The notes under the pieces are model-generated. The model did not search any database and had not been told where the DNA came from. It was given only the letters and a program-made list of their open reading frames with translations. From positions 25,557-89,556 of the IMG/VR virus record IMGVR_UViG_3300037471_001473: a stretch of DNA of 64,000 nucleotides; one strand, 5' to 3'. Shown piece by piece: positions 8,209 to 17,828 of the stretch; position 1 is the stretch's first letter, and every line of letters begins with the position of its first letter. Origin of the DNA: a virus (taxonomy: Duplodnaviria > Caudoviricetes). The position numbers were made by a program, and so were the translations under genes.

Positions 8209-9695
8209 CACCTTTCGATCTCGTCCTGCAGCGGTACAAGTTCCCCGACTTCATCGTCCCCGAGCCGCTGCAGATCGACGCCATCAACCAGCTGGCAGTC
8301 CTCGACAACGAGGGCTTCTGGCTTGACATGGGGACGGGCAAGACCTACTGCTCCACCGTCGTCTGGCTTTACCAGCACCTCACGCGCGGCAAGCGCTGGG
8401 TGGTGGTGATGCCTCCGCTGCTGATCAAGCAGTGGATGCGGTGGCTGCGCTCCATCACCGACAAGGTGACCGGCCGGCCGATCAGCGTCGTCGACTACCG
8501 CGGCACGCCGGCCGAGCGCCGCGACAAGCAAGCCGCGCTGACCACCTGCCAGGTAGTCCTCGTCGGCATCCAGATCTTCAAGAAGGAGTACGCGGTCTTC
8601 CAGCGCGCCTTCGGCAGCGAGGACTACTTCTTCACCGTCGACGAGCCCACCGCCACCGGCGTGTCCGGCCTGGGCAGCGATGCCCACGACAAGTGCTACG
8701 AGTTCAGCGTCGGCCACAGCCGCGCGCTGCTGTGCGGCAACCCGAGCGACCCCGGCTACGCCTACCCGCTGGCCAAGTTCACCGCACCGGGCTCGTACCG
8801 CAACTTCAAGCACTACGAGAACATGCACGTCGACGAGCGCGACTTCTTCGGCAACGTGATCTCGTGGAAGAACCTGGACGTGCTGGCCGGGGTCATGAAG
8901 ACCAACTCGGTGCGCATCCTGTACGGCGACATCTACAAGGACGTCGACGCCCCTCTGTTCGACCCGCTGCCCTACGACCTTGAACCGGCGCACCAGAAGC
9001 TGTACCGCAAGCTGGCCGAGGAGGAGATGCTGAAGGTCGGCGAGGGCAAGCTGGACGCGACGACCCAAGGCAAGCTGGTGCATGCGCTGGGCCAGATCGT
9101 GTGCAGCTGGGGCCACTTCAGCGGCGACCCCAAGGACGTGTCCAACGCCTACAAGCTGGTGCAGCAGAAGCTCGACGAGCTCGGCAAGAAGAAGCTGGTG
9201 GTCTTCACCAACTACCGCCTGACGGTGGCGCAGCTGGTCGCGCAGTTCGCCAAGGAGGGCGCCGTGTTCGTCAACGGCGACGCGACGCCGGCGCAGAAGG
9301 AGCGCGCGGTCGACCGCTTCATCGAGGACCCCTCGTGCCGGCTGATCGTGATCCAGTTCAAGTCCGGGGGCTTCGGCCTGGACGGCCTGCAGCACGTGTG
9401 CCACCACATGATGTTCCTGGAGCCGTGCACCAAGTCGACGACGTTCCACCAGTGTGTGGCGCGTCTGCGCCGCAAGGGTCAGAAGAATCGAGTCTGGGTG
9501 GGCTTGGCTATCGCCAACAAGACCAACCAGCCCCGCGGGTTCATCAACCTGCTGTCGAGTGACGCAATCGCAAATCAGGTAATCCGATCCGAAGGCGAGC
9601 TCCGTGCCGCGATCTTCGGCGAGGACGAAATCGACTGGTCAGAGATCAAGCAACACCTGGCGAAAAACTCCATTGCAATACCGGAGGCCGCATGA
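8205..9695 (+). CDS. SF2 (SNF2-like) DNA helicase
   Basis: Walker A DMGTGKT, Walker B FTVDE, motifs V/VI SGGFGLDGLQ and QCVARLRRKGQ. Confidence 0.85.
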   Translation: MTPFDLVLQRYKFPDFIVPEPLQIDAINQLAVLDNEGFWLDMGTGKTYCSTVVWLYQHLTRGKRWVVVMPPLLIKQWMRWLRSITDKVTGRPISVVDYRGTPAERRDKQAALTTCQVVLVGIQIFKKEYAVFQRAFGSEDYFFTVDEPTATGVSGLGSDAHDKCYEFSVGHSRALLCGNPSDPGYAYPLAKFTAPGSYRNFKHYENMHVDERDFFGNVISWKNLDVLAGVMKTNSVRILYGDIYKDVDAPLFDPLPYDLEPAHQKLYRKLAEEEMLKVGEGKLDATTQGKLVHALGQIVCSWGHFSGDPKDVSNAYKLVQQKLDELGKKKLVVFTNYRLTVAQLVAQFAKEGAVFVNGDATPAQKERAVDRFIEDPSCRLIVIQFKSGGFGLDGLQHVCHHMMFLEPCTKSTTFHQCVARLRRKGQKNRVWVGLAIANKTNQPRGFINLLSSDAIANQVIRSEGELRAAIFGEDEIDWSEIKQHLAKNSIAIPEAA

Positions 9696-10003
9696 TTGTC
9701 ACTGTCCCCTACCAACGCTCCCTCTGGGAGCGTTTGTTCACTCGTCTCGATGGTCGTTGGCAGCCCCGCGTCAAGCTGGGCTGGACCGTGGTTGCGGTGC
9801 GCCGCCGCACGGCCGACGGCCTGCCGCCGCGCACGATCTGGCAGGCGCCCTCGACGATGCGGAAGGAAGATAAAGCGCTGCTAGACCTGAACGATCGCTG
9901 CAGACGCTTGTCATATCCTGATTCTGGGATCAATATGGGAGATGAGTGTGGTCAACCCCCGGAGAGCGAAGATGTACTCGGCTTTCAAGGTGATCAGCCC
10001 TAA
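9692..10003 (+). CDS. Hypothetical protein
   Basis: ATGA coupling to helicase; atypical lower-GC codons in 3' half. Confidence 0.45.
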   Translation: MIVTVPYQRSLWERLFTRLDGRWQPRVKLGWTVVAVRRRTADGLPPRTIWQAPSTMRKEDKALLDLNDRCRRLSYPDSGINMGDECGQPPESEDVLGFQGDQP

Positions 10004-10196
10004 GGGCGAGATGCTGTCGTTGGATCAGGCGAGGGCCGAGGATCTGGCCGCCAAGTTCCATGGCCACCTCGTGGGGCTCGTGGAAGCCACCATGCCGACC
10101 AAGGAAGAACTGATGGCGTATGCTGCCGTCGCCGGGCTCCCGGCCGACGAGCCGGGTTTGAGGGCTTTTGCAGCGCGAGTCCTGAAACTGCTTTGA
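9972..10196 (+). CDS. Hypothetical protein (start 9972 or 9942)
   Basis: GGAG at 9961 before ATG 9972. Confidence 0.55.
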   Translation: MYSAFKVISPKGEMLSLDQARAEDLAAKFHGHLVGLVEATMPTKEELMAYAAVAGLPADEPGLRAFAARVLKLL

Positions 10197-10241
10197 CGTA
10201 ATTGGACGGAAGGAAAGGGCGCCGATAGAATCGGCGCCCTT
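10194..10241 (+). promoter_or_regulatory. Conserved 21-bp element + 11-bp inverted repeat; sigma70-like TTGGAC-18-TAGAAT
   Basis: TGACGTAATTGGACGGAAGGA is 17/21 identical to 23344-23364; AAGGGCGCCGA-TAGAA-TCGGCGCCCTT. Confidence 0.55.
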
Positions 10242-10271
10242 GCCCATCGTCCCCCACACCAAGGTTCCACC

Positions 10272-10766
10272 ATGTCCGACGACGAAGATTTTCTCCCCGC
10301 TTCCGAGCACTTCAAGCTGCTCGAAGCCCAGCTGACGGGGGCTCAGCTGGACCTGTTCCGCCAGACCCGCAACGGCCGTTCCGAGATGGCCTACCCCGGC
10401 CGCACGTTCGTGGCCTACCGCATGCGCGACCGTCAGCCCGAGGTGCTCGACAAGCTGATGGTCAACGACTTCTCGTGCGACGAGGAGGCCGGTGCCAGCA
10501 CCGAGCTCGTCTCGCTGATCACCGGCAAGCCCCTGGTGGTCAACCACGGCCCCGTGCAGGTGTTCGACCTGCCCGTGTTCCTGGCGCTGCCGCTGTCGCT
10601 GAAGCTGACCTGGCGGGTCAAGCCGAGCAACCCCGACAAGGGCAGCCTCGGCTTTCCCATCTACGTGCGCACCATGTCGCGCGCCTCGCACCGCCAGACC
10701 GGCGTCGTGCACTTCGAGACCGGCGTCGAGTTCGGTCAGGAGTTCCCCGAAGTCGCAGCCGCCTAA
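10272..10766 (+). CDS. Hypothetical protein (164 aa)
   Basis: AAGG RBS, first gene after regulatory element. Confidence 0.8.
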   Translation: MSDDEDFLPASEHFKLLEAQLTGAQLDLFRQTRNGRSEMAYPGRTFVAYRMRDRQPEVLDKLMVNDFSCDEEAGASTELVSLITGKPLVVNHGPVQVFDLPVFLALPLSLKLTWRVKPSNPDKGSLGFPIYVRTMSRASHRQTGVVHFETGVEFGQEFPEVAAA

Positions 10767-10777
10767 GGCAGCCACGC

Positions 10778-13744
10778 ATGTCGACCAACAACTGGTTCTT
10801 CCACTGGCAAGCAGTGGGGGGCGAGGACGAGTGGCGGCTGGACCTCGCGGCGAATCGCGAAGCGATCGTCGCTCAGAAGCGTCCGGCGTTCGTCACTGTC
10901 CTCGACCTGTCAAGCGTCCCCGACGACGGGGATTGGTCCAAGACCCATTACCGCGGCCCCCTGTACTTCGACTTCGACGCCGACGGCGACCTGCCGCTCG
11001 CGTGCTCGCAGCTGCAGGTCTTCCTGGGCAAGCTGGTCGCCGAGTTCGACTTCGACCTGAGCCAGGCCCGCCTGTTCGCCTCCGGTGGCAAGGGCTTCCA
11101 CGTCGAGATCCCCGCTGAGTGCGTGCTGCCAAAGGTGCCGCCCAACGGCATCGCGTGGCTGCCCTACATCTACCGGGCGATGGCCGAGAAGATGTTCGTC
11201 GAGACGATGGACATGCGCGTCTACACCGGCAAGCGTGGGCGCATGTGGCGCACGCCCGGCGTGCAGCGCGACAACGGCAACTACAAGGTCCAGCTGAACG
11301 TCGAGCAGGCGATCGGCATCGACGAGACCAGCTACCTTGACCTGGTCTCCAGGCCCAGCCCTGTGCTGGCCACGACGCCGCCGTTCTGCAACAGCAAGCT
11401 GGCCATGCTGTTCCAGCAGGCCAAGGACAACGTGACCACGCAGATGCGTGGCAAGAAGAAGCGCCTGGAAAAGGCCAACAAGTTCCTGGAGCCGTGGAAG
11501 CGCGCCGGCGCGCACCCGCCCACGATCGAGATGATCATGCGTGGCGAGAAGATCCGCGAGGGCGCGGGCTTCCACCCCATCGCACTGCAGCTGTCGATCT
11601 ACGCGACCAGCGTCGCGATGCCGCTCGACGAGTTCCTGGCCAAGTGTGAAGGCCTGTGCCGCAACCACATCAGCGACGGGCGCCGCTACAACACCTACGA
11701 GAAGCGCGTCGCCGAGCTCGCCCGCATGTGGCACTACATGGAGTCCGACTCCCTGTACGATTACGCCAGCGAGCCGATCTATGCGCTGGTCGAGAAGGGC
11801 ACCTCCTGCCCCGACCTCGGCGTCATGGACACCGAGGACCTGGAGGACCAGCCGACCAAGGCTGCCACGCCGGTCAACCGCAACGAGGTGGATGCCGAGG
11901 ACGGCGACGTGCCGGCCATCCCCTCCGACGGCAGCACCCCGGTCGAGGTCGTCGATGCCCACCAGGGCGTGCGCAAGGGCTTCTTCATGAATGCCTACGG
12001 CATGTGGAAGCGCAAGGAGGATGGCAACAACGACTCGATCTGCCGCGCCACGCTGCGCAAGGTCGAGGCCTTCCATGACGTCGAGAGCCTTGAGTTCAAG
12101 GGCTACGAGTTCGACATCGTGGTCAACGGCAAGGTCACCTCCCGCGTGCTGCTGGGCGGTGACGCATTCCAGTCGGCTCAGTCGCTGCGCAAGTTCTTCA
12201 TCGCGCACCAGTTGAGCTACCAGGGCGGTGAGCCCGAAACCATGGCCCTGTTCGACATCATGAGCGAAAAAGCAAGCCGCGGGGGCCGCTCCTACTCGTA
12301 TCCGCGCGAGGGCTTCTTCATCATCGACAACCCGGCCGCCAAGGGCCGCGAGCCGGTGAAGGTCTACCTGACGCAGGACACCTACCTGTCCAGCGTGCCT
12401 GAAGACGCTGAGGACCACTTCAAGCTGCGCTACAAGAACGGCATGGCCGCGAGCAGCTACAACATCGACATCCACCGCGCGCCTGAGCTCTGCGAGGATC
12501 ACGTGGACGTCTTGCACTCGCTGTTCGCCTTCAACAAGGACGACGTGGTGGCGGACATGGTGGGCTGGTTCGTGGCCTGCCACTACCGGTCGGTCTACGG
12601 CTACCTGTTCAACCAGTTTCCGCTGCTGCAGGTCTACGGCGAGGCCGGCTCGGGCAAGTCGCAGACGGTGCTGGCCCTGGCGCAGATGCACTGGTACTTG
12701 ACCCCGATCAGCGTGAAGTCGGCGCTGTCGTGCACGCCCTTCGCCATGGACGTGCATGCCTCGACGTCGACGTCGGCGCCCTTCATCCTCGACGAGTTCA
12801 AGCCCCGCGAGTTGAAGCGCACCGCCAACCGCTACGAGAAGATCAAGGACGTGTTCAAGGCCGCGTACCTGGGAGGGGACATCGGCGAGCGTGGCACGGT
12901 GAACAAGGGAGCAGAGAGCCAGCTGGCCATCATCAAGAGCAAGGCCACCGCGCCCATCGTCTTCATGGGTGAGGCGATCGAGATGGAGACCGCGATCATC
13001 GAGCGTAGCGTCTCGGTGAACTGCTCCAAGGCGTACCACACCAAGGAACGCACACGACACTTCAACAACATCAGCGACAACCCGGAGGCGCTGTCGGCGT
13101 TGGGGCGCGAGCTCGTGGAGATGGGCTTCGCCTTGAACCTGCAGTCGATGAAGAAGGAAGTGCGCGCGCTCTACGCCCAAATCGAGGCGACGCTGCCCGA
13201 CCATGACGACGCCGTCCAGAAGCGCGCGGCGCCGCGCATGATCTTCAACCGGGCCATCGTGCTGCACGGCCTGCAGACGTTGAAGGCCGTGCTGCAGCGC
13301 CGGTTCGGGCCCGAGTTCGACGCGGACATCGACCGTCTGGTCGCGTCCAAGTCCAACGAGTCGTCTGCTGAATATGCTGCGGTGCAGATGCACTCAATGT
13401 CGGAGATCTCCAAGGTGGTCAACCGCCTGGCACTGCTGTCGCGCGACACGGACGTGCCGTGGAAGCTCAACGAGGGCACCGACTACCTGTCGATGGATGG
13501 CTGGATCGAGATCAAAGTGGAGCGGTCTTACGACTGCTACCGGCGTTACTGCCACGCGATCGGCGACACCCCGCTGTTCGACAACGTGGACCAGTTCCGC
13601 TGGGCCTTGGCCGCGTACTCGCCGGTCGTCGACCGGATCTGCCCGAGCAGCGCGCTGCGCACGGAAGGGTCGCAGGAGAAGATCGTGCGCATGGATCTGC
13701 GGGCGCTGCGAAAAGAAGGCGTTCAGACCTTCTTCACCCGTTGA
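10778..13744 (+). CDS. Primase (AEP/prim-pol-like)-helicase fusion, 988 aa
   Basis: N-term LYFDFDAD and SGGKGFHVEIP (AEP motifs); C-term Walker A YGEAGSGKS and Walker B FILDEF; real start ATG 10778. Confidence 0.82.
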   Translation: MSTNNWFFHWQAVGGEDEWRLDLAANREAIVAQKRPAFVTVLDLSSVPDDGDWSKTHYRGPLYFDFDADGDLPLACSQLQVFLGKLVAEFDFDLSQARLFASGGKGFHVEIPAECVLPKVPPNGIAWLPYIYRAMAEKMFVETMDMRVYTGKRGRMWRTPGVQRDNGNYKVQLNVEQAIGIDETSYLDLVSRPSPVLATTPPFCNSKLAMLFQQAKDNVTTQMRGKKKRLEKANKFLEPWKRAGAHPPTIEMIMRGEKIREGAGFHPIALQLSIYATSVAMPLDEFLAKCEGLCRNHISDGRRYNTYEKRVAELARMWHYMESDSLYDYASEPIYALVEKGTSCPDLGVMDTEDLEDQPTKAATPVNRNEVDAEDGDVPAIPSDGSTPVEVVDAHQGVRKGFFMNAYGMWKRKEDGNNDSICRATLRKVEAFHDVESLEFKGYEFDIVVNGKVTSRVLLGGDAFQSAQSLRKFFIAHQLSYQGGEPETMALFDIMSEKASRGGRSYSYPREGFFIIDNPAAKGREPVKVYLTQDTYLSSVPEDAEDHFKLRYKNGMAASSYNIDIHRAPELCEDHVDVLHSLFAFNKDDVVADMVGWFVACHYRSVYGYLFNQFPLLQVYGEAGSGKSQTVLALAQMHWYLTPISVKSALSCTPFAMDVHASTSTSAPFILDEFKPRELKRTANRYEKIKDVFKAAYLGGDIGERGTVNKGAESQLAIIKSKATAPIVFMGEAIEMETAIIERSVSVNCSKAYHTKERTRHFNNISDNPEALSALGRELVEMGFALNLQSMKKEVRALYAQIEATLPDHDDAVQKRAAPRMIFNRAIVLHGLQTLKAVLQRRFGPEFDADIDRLVASKSNESSAEYAAVQMHSMSEISKVVNRLALLSRDTDVPWKLNEGTDYLSMDGWIEIKVERSYDCYRRYCHAIGDTPLFDNVDQFRWALAAYSPVVDRICPSSALRTEGSQEKIVRMDLRALRKEGVQTFFTR

Positions 13745-13769
13745 CACTTTTAGAAGACGAGAGCATAGT
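13741..13769 (+). promoter_or_regulatory. sigma70-type promoter
   Basis: TTGACA-17 bp-CATAGT in AT-rich intergenic region. Confidence 0.7.
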
Positions 13770-13837
13770 CCTGCCCCACGCTCTGCTCTCCTTTCAACCC
13801 AGTGGGGCGTATCAACGACGAAGACATAGGAATCATC

Positions 13838-14626
13838 ATGGCACTGACCAAGACCAAGCCTGACACCGAGAACGCCGCCGCCAACATCCCGGCCGGCACG
13901 TTCGAGGCTCCCGACGACGAGACCCCCGCGGCCGCCCCGGCTGCAGCGCCGGCCCCGGCGCCCTCGGCCTCCCGCGAAGTGGCGCAACGCGCCTCGACCG
14001 CGGTGCAGACCAACGTGATCGGCAAGTCGCCGCTGATCGCCCTGCGCGACCTGATCGGCCCGGCCGAGCGCGAGACGATGGGCTTCGGCACCTTCCCGCG
14101 CATCACCGTCGGCACGGACGGCTACGCGCTGGACAAGTCGAAGCCTCTCGGCCCGCGCATCCAGTTCCAGCTGCTGTCGTGGAACCACCTCTACATGGTC
14201 GCGACCGGCGAGAACAACAACGCCGAGGCGAACAAGCTGATCAAGACCTCCCACGACGGCGTCACGCTGATGGGCGGCGAGGGCAGCGTGGAGGCCTACG
14301 TGGCCAAGCTGAAGGCCGAGGGCTACGACAAGGCGGCGTGCAAGCCGTACATCGAGCTCTACGGCTACCTGATGGCCTACATGGAGTCCGACCCCAAGAC
14401 CAAGCAGCTGAACCGCGTCAACGTGCCCGAGGACGAGTACACGCTGCACATGATCTCGCTGCCGAAGACCTCGGCGGCGCAGTTCCAGGCCTACCAGCTG
14501 CAGGCGGGCCTGAACGTGGCGCGCGGCATCACCGGCGACGCCTCGATCCTGGTCATGGACTCGGACGTCAAGGTCAACGGCGCGAACCGCTACGGGCAGG
14601 TGAAGTTCCTGCCGAAGTGGGCGTAA
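13838..14626 (+). CDS. Hypothetical protein, possible ssDNA-binding/replication protein
   Basis: Own promoter, Ala/Pro-rich N-terminal linker, position after primase; function is positional inference. Confidence 0.6.
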   Translation: MALTKTKPDTENAAANIPAGTFEAPDDETPAAAPAAAPAPAPSASREVAQRASTAVQTNVIGKSPLIALRDLIGPAERETMGFGTFPRITVGTDGYALDKSKPLGPRIQFQLLSWNHLYMVATGENNNAEANKLIKTSHDGVTLMGGEGSVEAYVAKLKAEGYDKAACKPYIELYGYLMAYMESDPKTKQLNRVNVPEDEYTLHMISLPKTSAAQFQAYQLQAGLNVARGITGDASILVMDSDVKVNGANRYGQVKFLPKWA

Positions 14627-14682
14627 GCCGCTGAGGGCGGGCCACTTGGCCCGCCCACAACACCACCACCTGGAGAAAGAAG

Positions 14683-14865
14683 ATGAACGTCAAGATCGGA
14701 AAGAAAGTCGCGTTCCAGCGACGCAACGGCCAGCGCGCCGTGGGCAAGGTCACCGCTGTCGACACCGGCACCGCCAACGGCGACTGGGTCACCGTGAACA
14801 CGGCCGAGCCGCGCAAGGCGCCGCAGCTGACCAAGCTGCGCCCGTCCCAGCTGAGCGCCGCCTAA
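14683..14865 (+). CDS. Small basic beta-rich protein (60 aa)
   Basis: GGAG RBS after hairpin 14634-14655. Confidence 0.7.
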   Translation: MNVKIGKKVAFQRRNGQRAVGKVTAVDTGTANGDWVTVNTAEPRKAPQLTKLRPSQLSAA

Positions 14866-14928
14866 GCGGCTTCAGGCCATAGCCGCCTACCCGGCGGCTA
14901 TCTCAAGAAGCCCACAACCACCAAGGCC

Positions 14929-15639
14929 ATGCGCAAGATCTTCATCGCCGACACCGAGACCGCCAGCATCGACGGCGGCATCTGCGACCTCGCCCTGATC
15001 CAGGTCGACGAGGAGTTCAACGAGCTCGGGCGCATGGAGCAGCTGCTTGACCCGCTGCGACCCATCCTGCCGGCCGCCCAGGAAGTCCACGGCATCACCA
15101 ACTCGGACGTGGCCGACCAGCCCACCGCCGCCGAGTTCCGGGAGATCTACGGCAACCCCCTGGCCATCGGCCCCGGCGACGAGCTCATCATCTTCGCCCA
15201 CAAGGCTGCCTTCGACACGGCGCGCCTGGAGGAAGACGGGTTCCTGGTCAAGCCGTACACCGCGGTGTGCACGCTGCGCTTGGCGCGCAACCTGTGGCCC
15301 GACGTCGAGGACATCGGCGGCAACCACAAGCTGGGCACCTTGGCCATCATCAACAACATCCCCCGCGGCACCGCTCACCGGGCCATGGGCGATTGCGAGA
15401 CGCTGCTGGGCCTGCTGCGCCACATCACCAGCGTCAACCAGTACGACTCCTTCGACCACTTCGTGCAGACGGCGCTGGCGCCGCTGTCGGGGGAGACCAA
15501 GATTTCCTTCGGGAAGCACCGCGGCTGGAAGTTGAAGGACCTGCCGCGGTCCTACGCATCCTGGATCTGTGCGCAGAGCGACATGGATCAGGACCTTCAA
15601 GCAGCGCTCCGCGCGATCTTCAACTTCACCACACCCTGA
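14929..15639 (+). CDS. DnaQ/DEDDh 3'-5' exonuclease with ExoX-like C-terminal domain
   Basis: IADTET, AHKAAFD, HRAMGDC; C-term ISFGKHRGWKLKDLPRSYASWI. Confidence 0.88.
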   Translation: MRKIFIADTETASIDGGICDLALIQVDEEFNELGRMEQLLDPLRPILPAAQEVHGITNSDVADQPTAAEFREIYGNPLAIGPGDELIIFAHKAAFDTARLEEDGFLVKPYTAVCTLRLARNLWPDVEDIGGNHKLGTLAIINNIPRGTAHRAMGDCETLLGLLRHITSVNQYDSFDHFVQTALAPLSGETKISFGKHRGWKLKDLPRSYASWICAQSDMDQDLQAALRAIFNFTTP

Positions 15640-15649
15640 GAGAGAAACC

Positions 15650-15880
15650 ATGGCCCAAGCCAAGACCAAGTACGTCGCCACCGATGGCACCGAGTTCGAC
15701 ACGGAGCTCGAAGCCGACACCCGCAACGCCGAGATCTCCGAGAAGGGCACCATCGAGGCCTACTGCGAGCACTCCGGTCTCGCCAAGGCACAGAAGGGCC
15801 TGCTGCGCAAGCACCTGGCCGGCTTCATCGCCTTCCGCAACGCGCAGAACACGCCCCCCGCCGGCGGCGCCGAGGCCTGA
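15650..15880 (+). CDS. Hypothetical protein (76 aa)
   Basis: GAGAG RBS; YVATDGTEFDTELEA motif. Confidence 0.75.
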   Translation: MAQAKTKYVATDGTEFDTELEADTRNAEISEKGTIEAYCEHSGLAKAQKGLLRKHLAGFIAFRNAQNTPPAGGAEA

Positions 15881-15898
15881 TCCATCGCGGCAGTAAGG

Positions 15899-15921
15899 AA
15901 ACGACCCCACGGGGTCGTTTT
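15899..15921 (+). terminator. Hairpin/terminator
   Basis: AAACGACCCC-AC-GGGGTCGTTT(T). Confidence 0.5.
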
Positions 15922-15934
15922 GCATGGAGGCAAG

Positions 15935-16978
15935 ATGTTCCCCGACAACGTCACCGAGTTCAGGCAGCTGGTCGTGCAGGCCGCAGATACCCTGCGACGG
16001 GACCTGCTGCTCGCCACGGGCTCCGACAACGTCAAGGCCACCCGCTACGACACCGGCACCTGGACGCTGCCTGGCATGTCCTGCAACCTCAGCGTGGGCG
16101 GCGTGCCGCTGCAGCGCCTGATCCAGCTGATGTACGCCCACAAGCCCAGCCGCACGGTCGACGTGCTCAACGCCTGGGACGCCATCGCCGCAGCGATCCT
16201 GGAAGGCTCCAAGCCGCGTGTGCGCCTGCTTGTGGCACAGTTCTTCCCCTGCTTGCCGCTCGTGCCGCCGGCCTACTCGCTTGAACTGCCGGCCGTCCAG
16301 TGGCTCGAAGCCGTGGGCTGGAGCATGGGCACCATCGAGCGCGGCCGCGACCTGATGCGCCTGCACATCGACAACCACCCGCCCATCGGGTTCCTGCGCA
16401 GCGTGCTCTACACCACCGCCGGCATGACGCGCCGCCGGCGCGGCTCGCCGGACGTTCGCGCCGCCCTCACCACGCGGGGCATGTCGCGCACCCTGACCGG
16501 CACGCTCAAGATCAACGCCGTCTTCGTCGCGCTGACACAGGCGTTCCCCGACCAGGCCCACGCCCTGCGCGTGTTCTTCTCCCTGGTCGTGGCCGCCGGC
16601 GCCGACGTGCAGCGCGTGGTGACCGAGACCTTCGACATCGACGTGCTCGGTCTCGACGAGACCGAGGCGGTGTGGAAGCAAGCGCGCGAGATGGTGCTCA
16701 CCGCCCAGATCAACCCGCTGGTGAACCTGGGCGACCTCCTGATCCCCGTGCTGGGCACGAAGGAGTTCTGCGCCCACTTCGGCAACTACCACCGGCACGT
16801 GCGCGAGGACAAGCAGACGGAGATGACTGACGCGATCCGCGGTCGCTACCTGCTTGCCCTGGACAAGCTGGAAGCCGGTGCGCGCGTGCTGCGCCCTTGC
16901 AACATCGCCAGCCGCGAGACCGAACAACAACGCGAGGCCGACAGCCTCCTCAACTTCTGGAGCCCCCATGCCCGATGA
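15935..16978 (+). CDS. Hypothetical protein (347 aa)
   Basis: GGAGG RBS before ATG 15935; no motif recognised. Confidence 0.75.
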   Translation: MFPDNVTEFRQLVVQAADTLRRDLLLATGSDNVKATRYDTGTWTLPGMSCNLSVGGVPLQRLIQLMYAHKPSRTVDVLNAWDAIAAAILEGSKPRVRLLVAQFFPCLPLVPPAYSLELPAVQWLEAVGWSMGTIERGRDLMRLHIDNHPPIGFLRSVLYTTAGMTRRRRGSPDVRAALTTRGMSRTLTGTLKINAVFVALTQAFPDQAHALRVFFSLVVAAGADVQRVVTETFDIDVLGLDETEAVWKQAREMVLTAQINPLVNLGDLLIPVLGTKEFCAHFGNYHRHVREDKQTEMTDAIRGRYLLALDKLEAGARVLRPCNIASRETEQQREADSLLNFWSPHAR

Positions 16979-17519
16979 AGACTACCCCCCGCTGATGTGG
17001 GTCAGCGAGGGCCTGAAGGACCCGCTGCAGAACGCTGACGAGGACCGGCGCACCGCCGAGCGCCGCGTCAGCAGCAACCCCAAGAGCGCCTACGGCAACG
17101 CCAAGCTGCCCCTGCACCTGTGGCCCGAGGAAGCGACCGCCGCGGGCTGCCTGGGCATGCTGGAGGGCGTGCTGAAGTACGGCATCGACAACTACATCGC
17201 CGGCGAGGGCATCGTCGCCAGCGAGTACGTGGCGGCCTGCAAGCGGCACATCGACCTCTGGTTCGCCGGCCAGGACAGCGCCATCGACACCAACAACCCT
17301 CACCTCGGCAACGCCCTGGCTTGCCTGGCGATCATCGTCAAGGCTCAGGCGCACGACCTGCTGATCGACGACCGGCGCTACGAGCCCAACCCCGGCGCCT
17401 ACCAACGGCTGGTCGACAAGCTGACGCCGCAGGTCACCCACTTGAAGCAGCTGTTCAAGGACAAGTTGCCCAAGCAGTGGACGCGAGCCGACAACAAGGT
17501 GCCCAGCGATGGCCAGTGA
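16968..17519 (+). CDS. dATP/dGTP diphosphohydrolase-domain (DUF5664-like) protein
   Basis: NPKSAYGNAKLPLHLWP...EGVLKYGIDNY...AACKRHIDLWFAGQDSAIDTNNPHLGNALACLAII fits the family pattern. Confidence 0.82.
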   Translation: MPDEDYPPLMWVSEGLKDPLQNADEDRRTAERRVSSNPKSAYGNAKLPLHLWPEEATAAGCLGMLEGVLKYGIDNYIAGEGIVASEYVAACKRHIDLWFAGQDSAIDTNNPHLGNALACLAIIVKAQAHDLLIDDRRYEPNPGAYQRLVDKLTPQVTHLKQLFKDKLPKQWTRADNKVPSDGQ

Positions 17520-17769
17520 CCTGCCCGAGAGCGAGAAGCTCGCCGACGACTCCGACCGTGCCACCGTCACGGAGATGGAGTTCACCGACGAGAGCATCCG
17601 CCGCGCGCGCAAGGCGACGCAGCAGATGCAGAAGCCCCGGCCCGACGGCACCTACGCCCAGACCGATTGCGACGACTGCGGCCTGGAGATCGGCGAGGAG
17701 CGCCTGCGCCTCGCCGCGGCGAACTACTTCTGCTGGCACTGCGCCACGAAGCGGGAGAGACGCCGCTGA
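17509..17769 (+). CDS. DksA/TraR-family C4 zinc-finger protein
   Basis: N-term DDSDRA (DxxDxA) and CDDC-x17-CWHC zinc finger. Confidence 0.85.
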   Translation: MASDLPESEKLADDSDRATVTEMEFTDESIRRARKATQQMQKPRPDGTYAQTDCDDCGLEIGEERLRLAAANYFCWHCATKRERRR

Positions 17770-17828
17770 CCTGACCCCGAACAGGGCCCGCGGAAGCGGG
17801 CTCTCCACTTCCCCACCAAGGACTCACC

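Noticed and set aside
10475-10777. N-terminal extensions given by the ORF track (e.g. 10475, 16854, 22069, 38820, 40058, 54337)
   Set aside because: They overlap upstream genes; downstream starts have RBSs or stop/start coupling and mark where recognisable protein sequence begins.
16968-17519. Z-genome (2-aminoadenine) or 7-deazaguanine system
   Set aside because: No PurZ, DatZ, DpdA or Que genes recognisable in this window; cannot be claimed, though the missing part of the genome is unseen.
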